Assembly (NCBI GenBank): GCA_013239625.1
Contig: MU054323.1
Span: forward strand, 868,001 to 932,000
Source of the DNA: Lama guanicoe
Lineage: Eukaryota
Direction: 5' to 3'
Length of the DNA: 64,000 bases
Made by a program: the position numbers and the translations under genes. Positions 63,570 to 64,000 of the stretch are shown one piece after another. The stretch's first letter is position 1. Each line of letters starts with the position of its first letter. The notes under the pieces were generated by a model. It saw nothing but the letters and a program-made list of their open reading frames with translations. It was not told where the DNA came from and searched no databases.

Positions 63570-63810
63570 GTGTCTATAAATATTTGTACTTGCTGAGGCT
63601 TTCATCGCACATGCTCTGTGTCAAGCACGGGTCTCAAGACTTAACTTCTATTAACACCAATAATCTTTTGAGGTAGGAGCTGCCCCCATTTTACACCCAA
63701 GAAATGAAAGAGGGCTTCAAAGACTCACCTGAGATCCTGCCATTAATGAGGAAGAGCCAGGATTTGAATCCAAGTTTTAGTTTCTAAGTCAGTGTTCCTG
63801 ATCATCGCAC
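63570..63810 (-). mobile_element. MIR SINE
   Basis: gaggtaggagctgcccccattttacacccaagaaatga...agagccaggatttgaatccaag. Confidence 0.7.
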
Positions 63811-64000
63811 CACGCTGCTGCTCAGCTTCAGAACAGAACAGACTCTGAAAACAGTGGCATAAGAAATGGTTGTTATAACGCAAGCCCAGCGAGCCTACAG
63901 CTCTCTACGCATGGCGTCTCAGCCCTCAAGCTTCTGATGTAAAATTCTGACTGATCCCGGGCTGACGTGTGGATGGCGATGCCATTAACTATTAGATTTC

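Overview
Eutherian mammalian genomic DNA, not prokaryotic. I can support no protein-coding gene, RNA gene or CRISPR array. The supplied ORFs look like chance or repeat-derived frames, except a decayed Tigger7/MER44 transposase N-terminus at ~1.58-1.85 kb. Much of the window is interspersed repeats: old L1M/L1ME/HAL1-type pieces, several 5'-truncated L1 3' ends, many L2 and MIR fragments, MaLR/ERVL solo LTRs (MLT1, MLT2) and Tigger/hAT DNA transposon fossils (MER44, MER2, MER82, MER5, MER58). I saw no Alu, B1/B2, CanSINE, Bov-A/tA, PRE1 or CHR SINEs, and the younger L1 tails look cetartiodactyl, so a camelid origin is plausible but unproven. The window reads as intergenic or large-intron regulatory DNA. 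Main points of interest: (1) a near-consensus CTCF site at 46.72 kb, with a divergent partner at 59.43 kb; (2) a CpG/GC-box cluster inside an ancient L2 at 43.5-43.85 kb; (3) several TE-free motif-dense blocks that may be conserved enhancers (12.4, 13.3, 31.8, 57.0 and 61.1 kb); (4) candidate lncRNA exons or promoters; (5) a nested, probably 5'-inverted L1 complex at 0.66-3.55 kb. I found no convincing novel biological system. Repeat subfamily names come from recalled consensus sequences and need RepeatMasker/Dfam confirmation. Most repeat boundaries are approximate.
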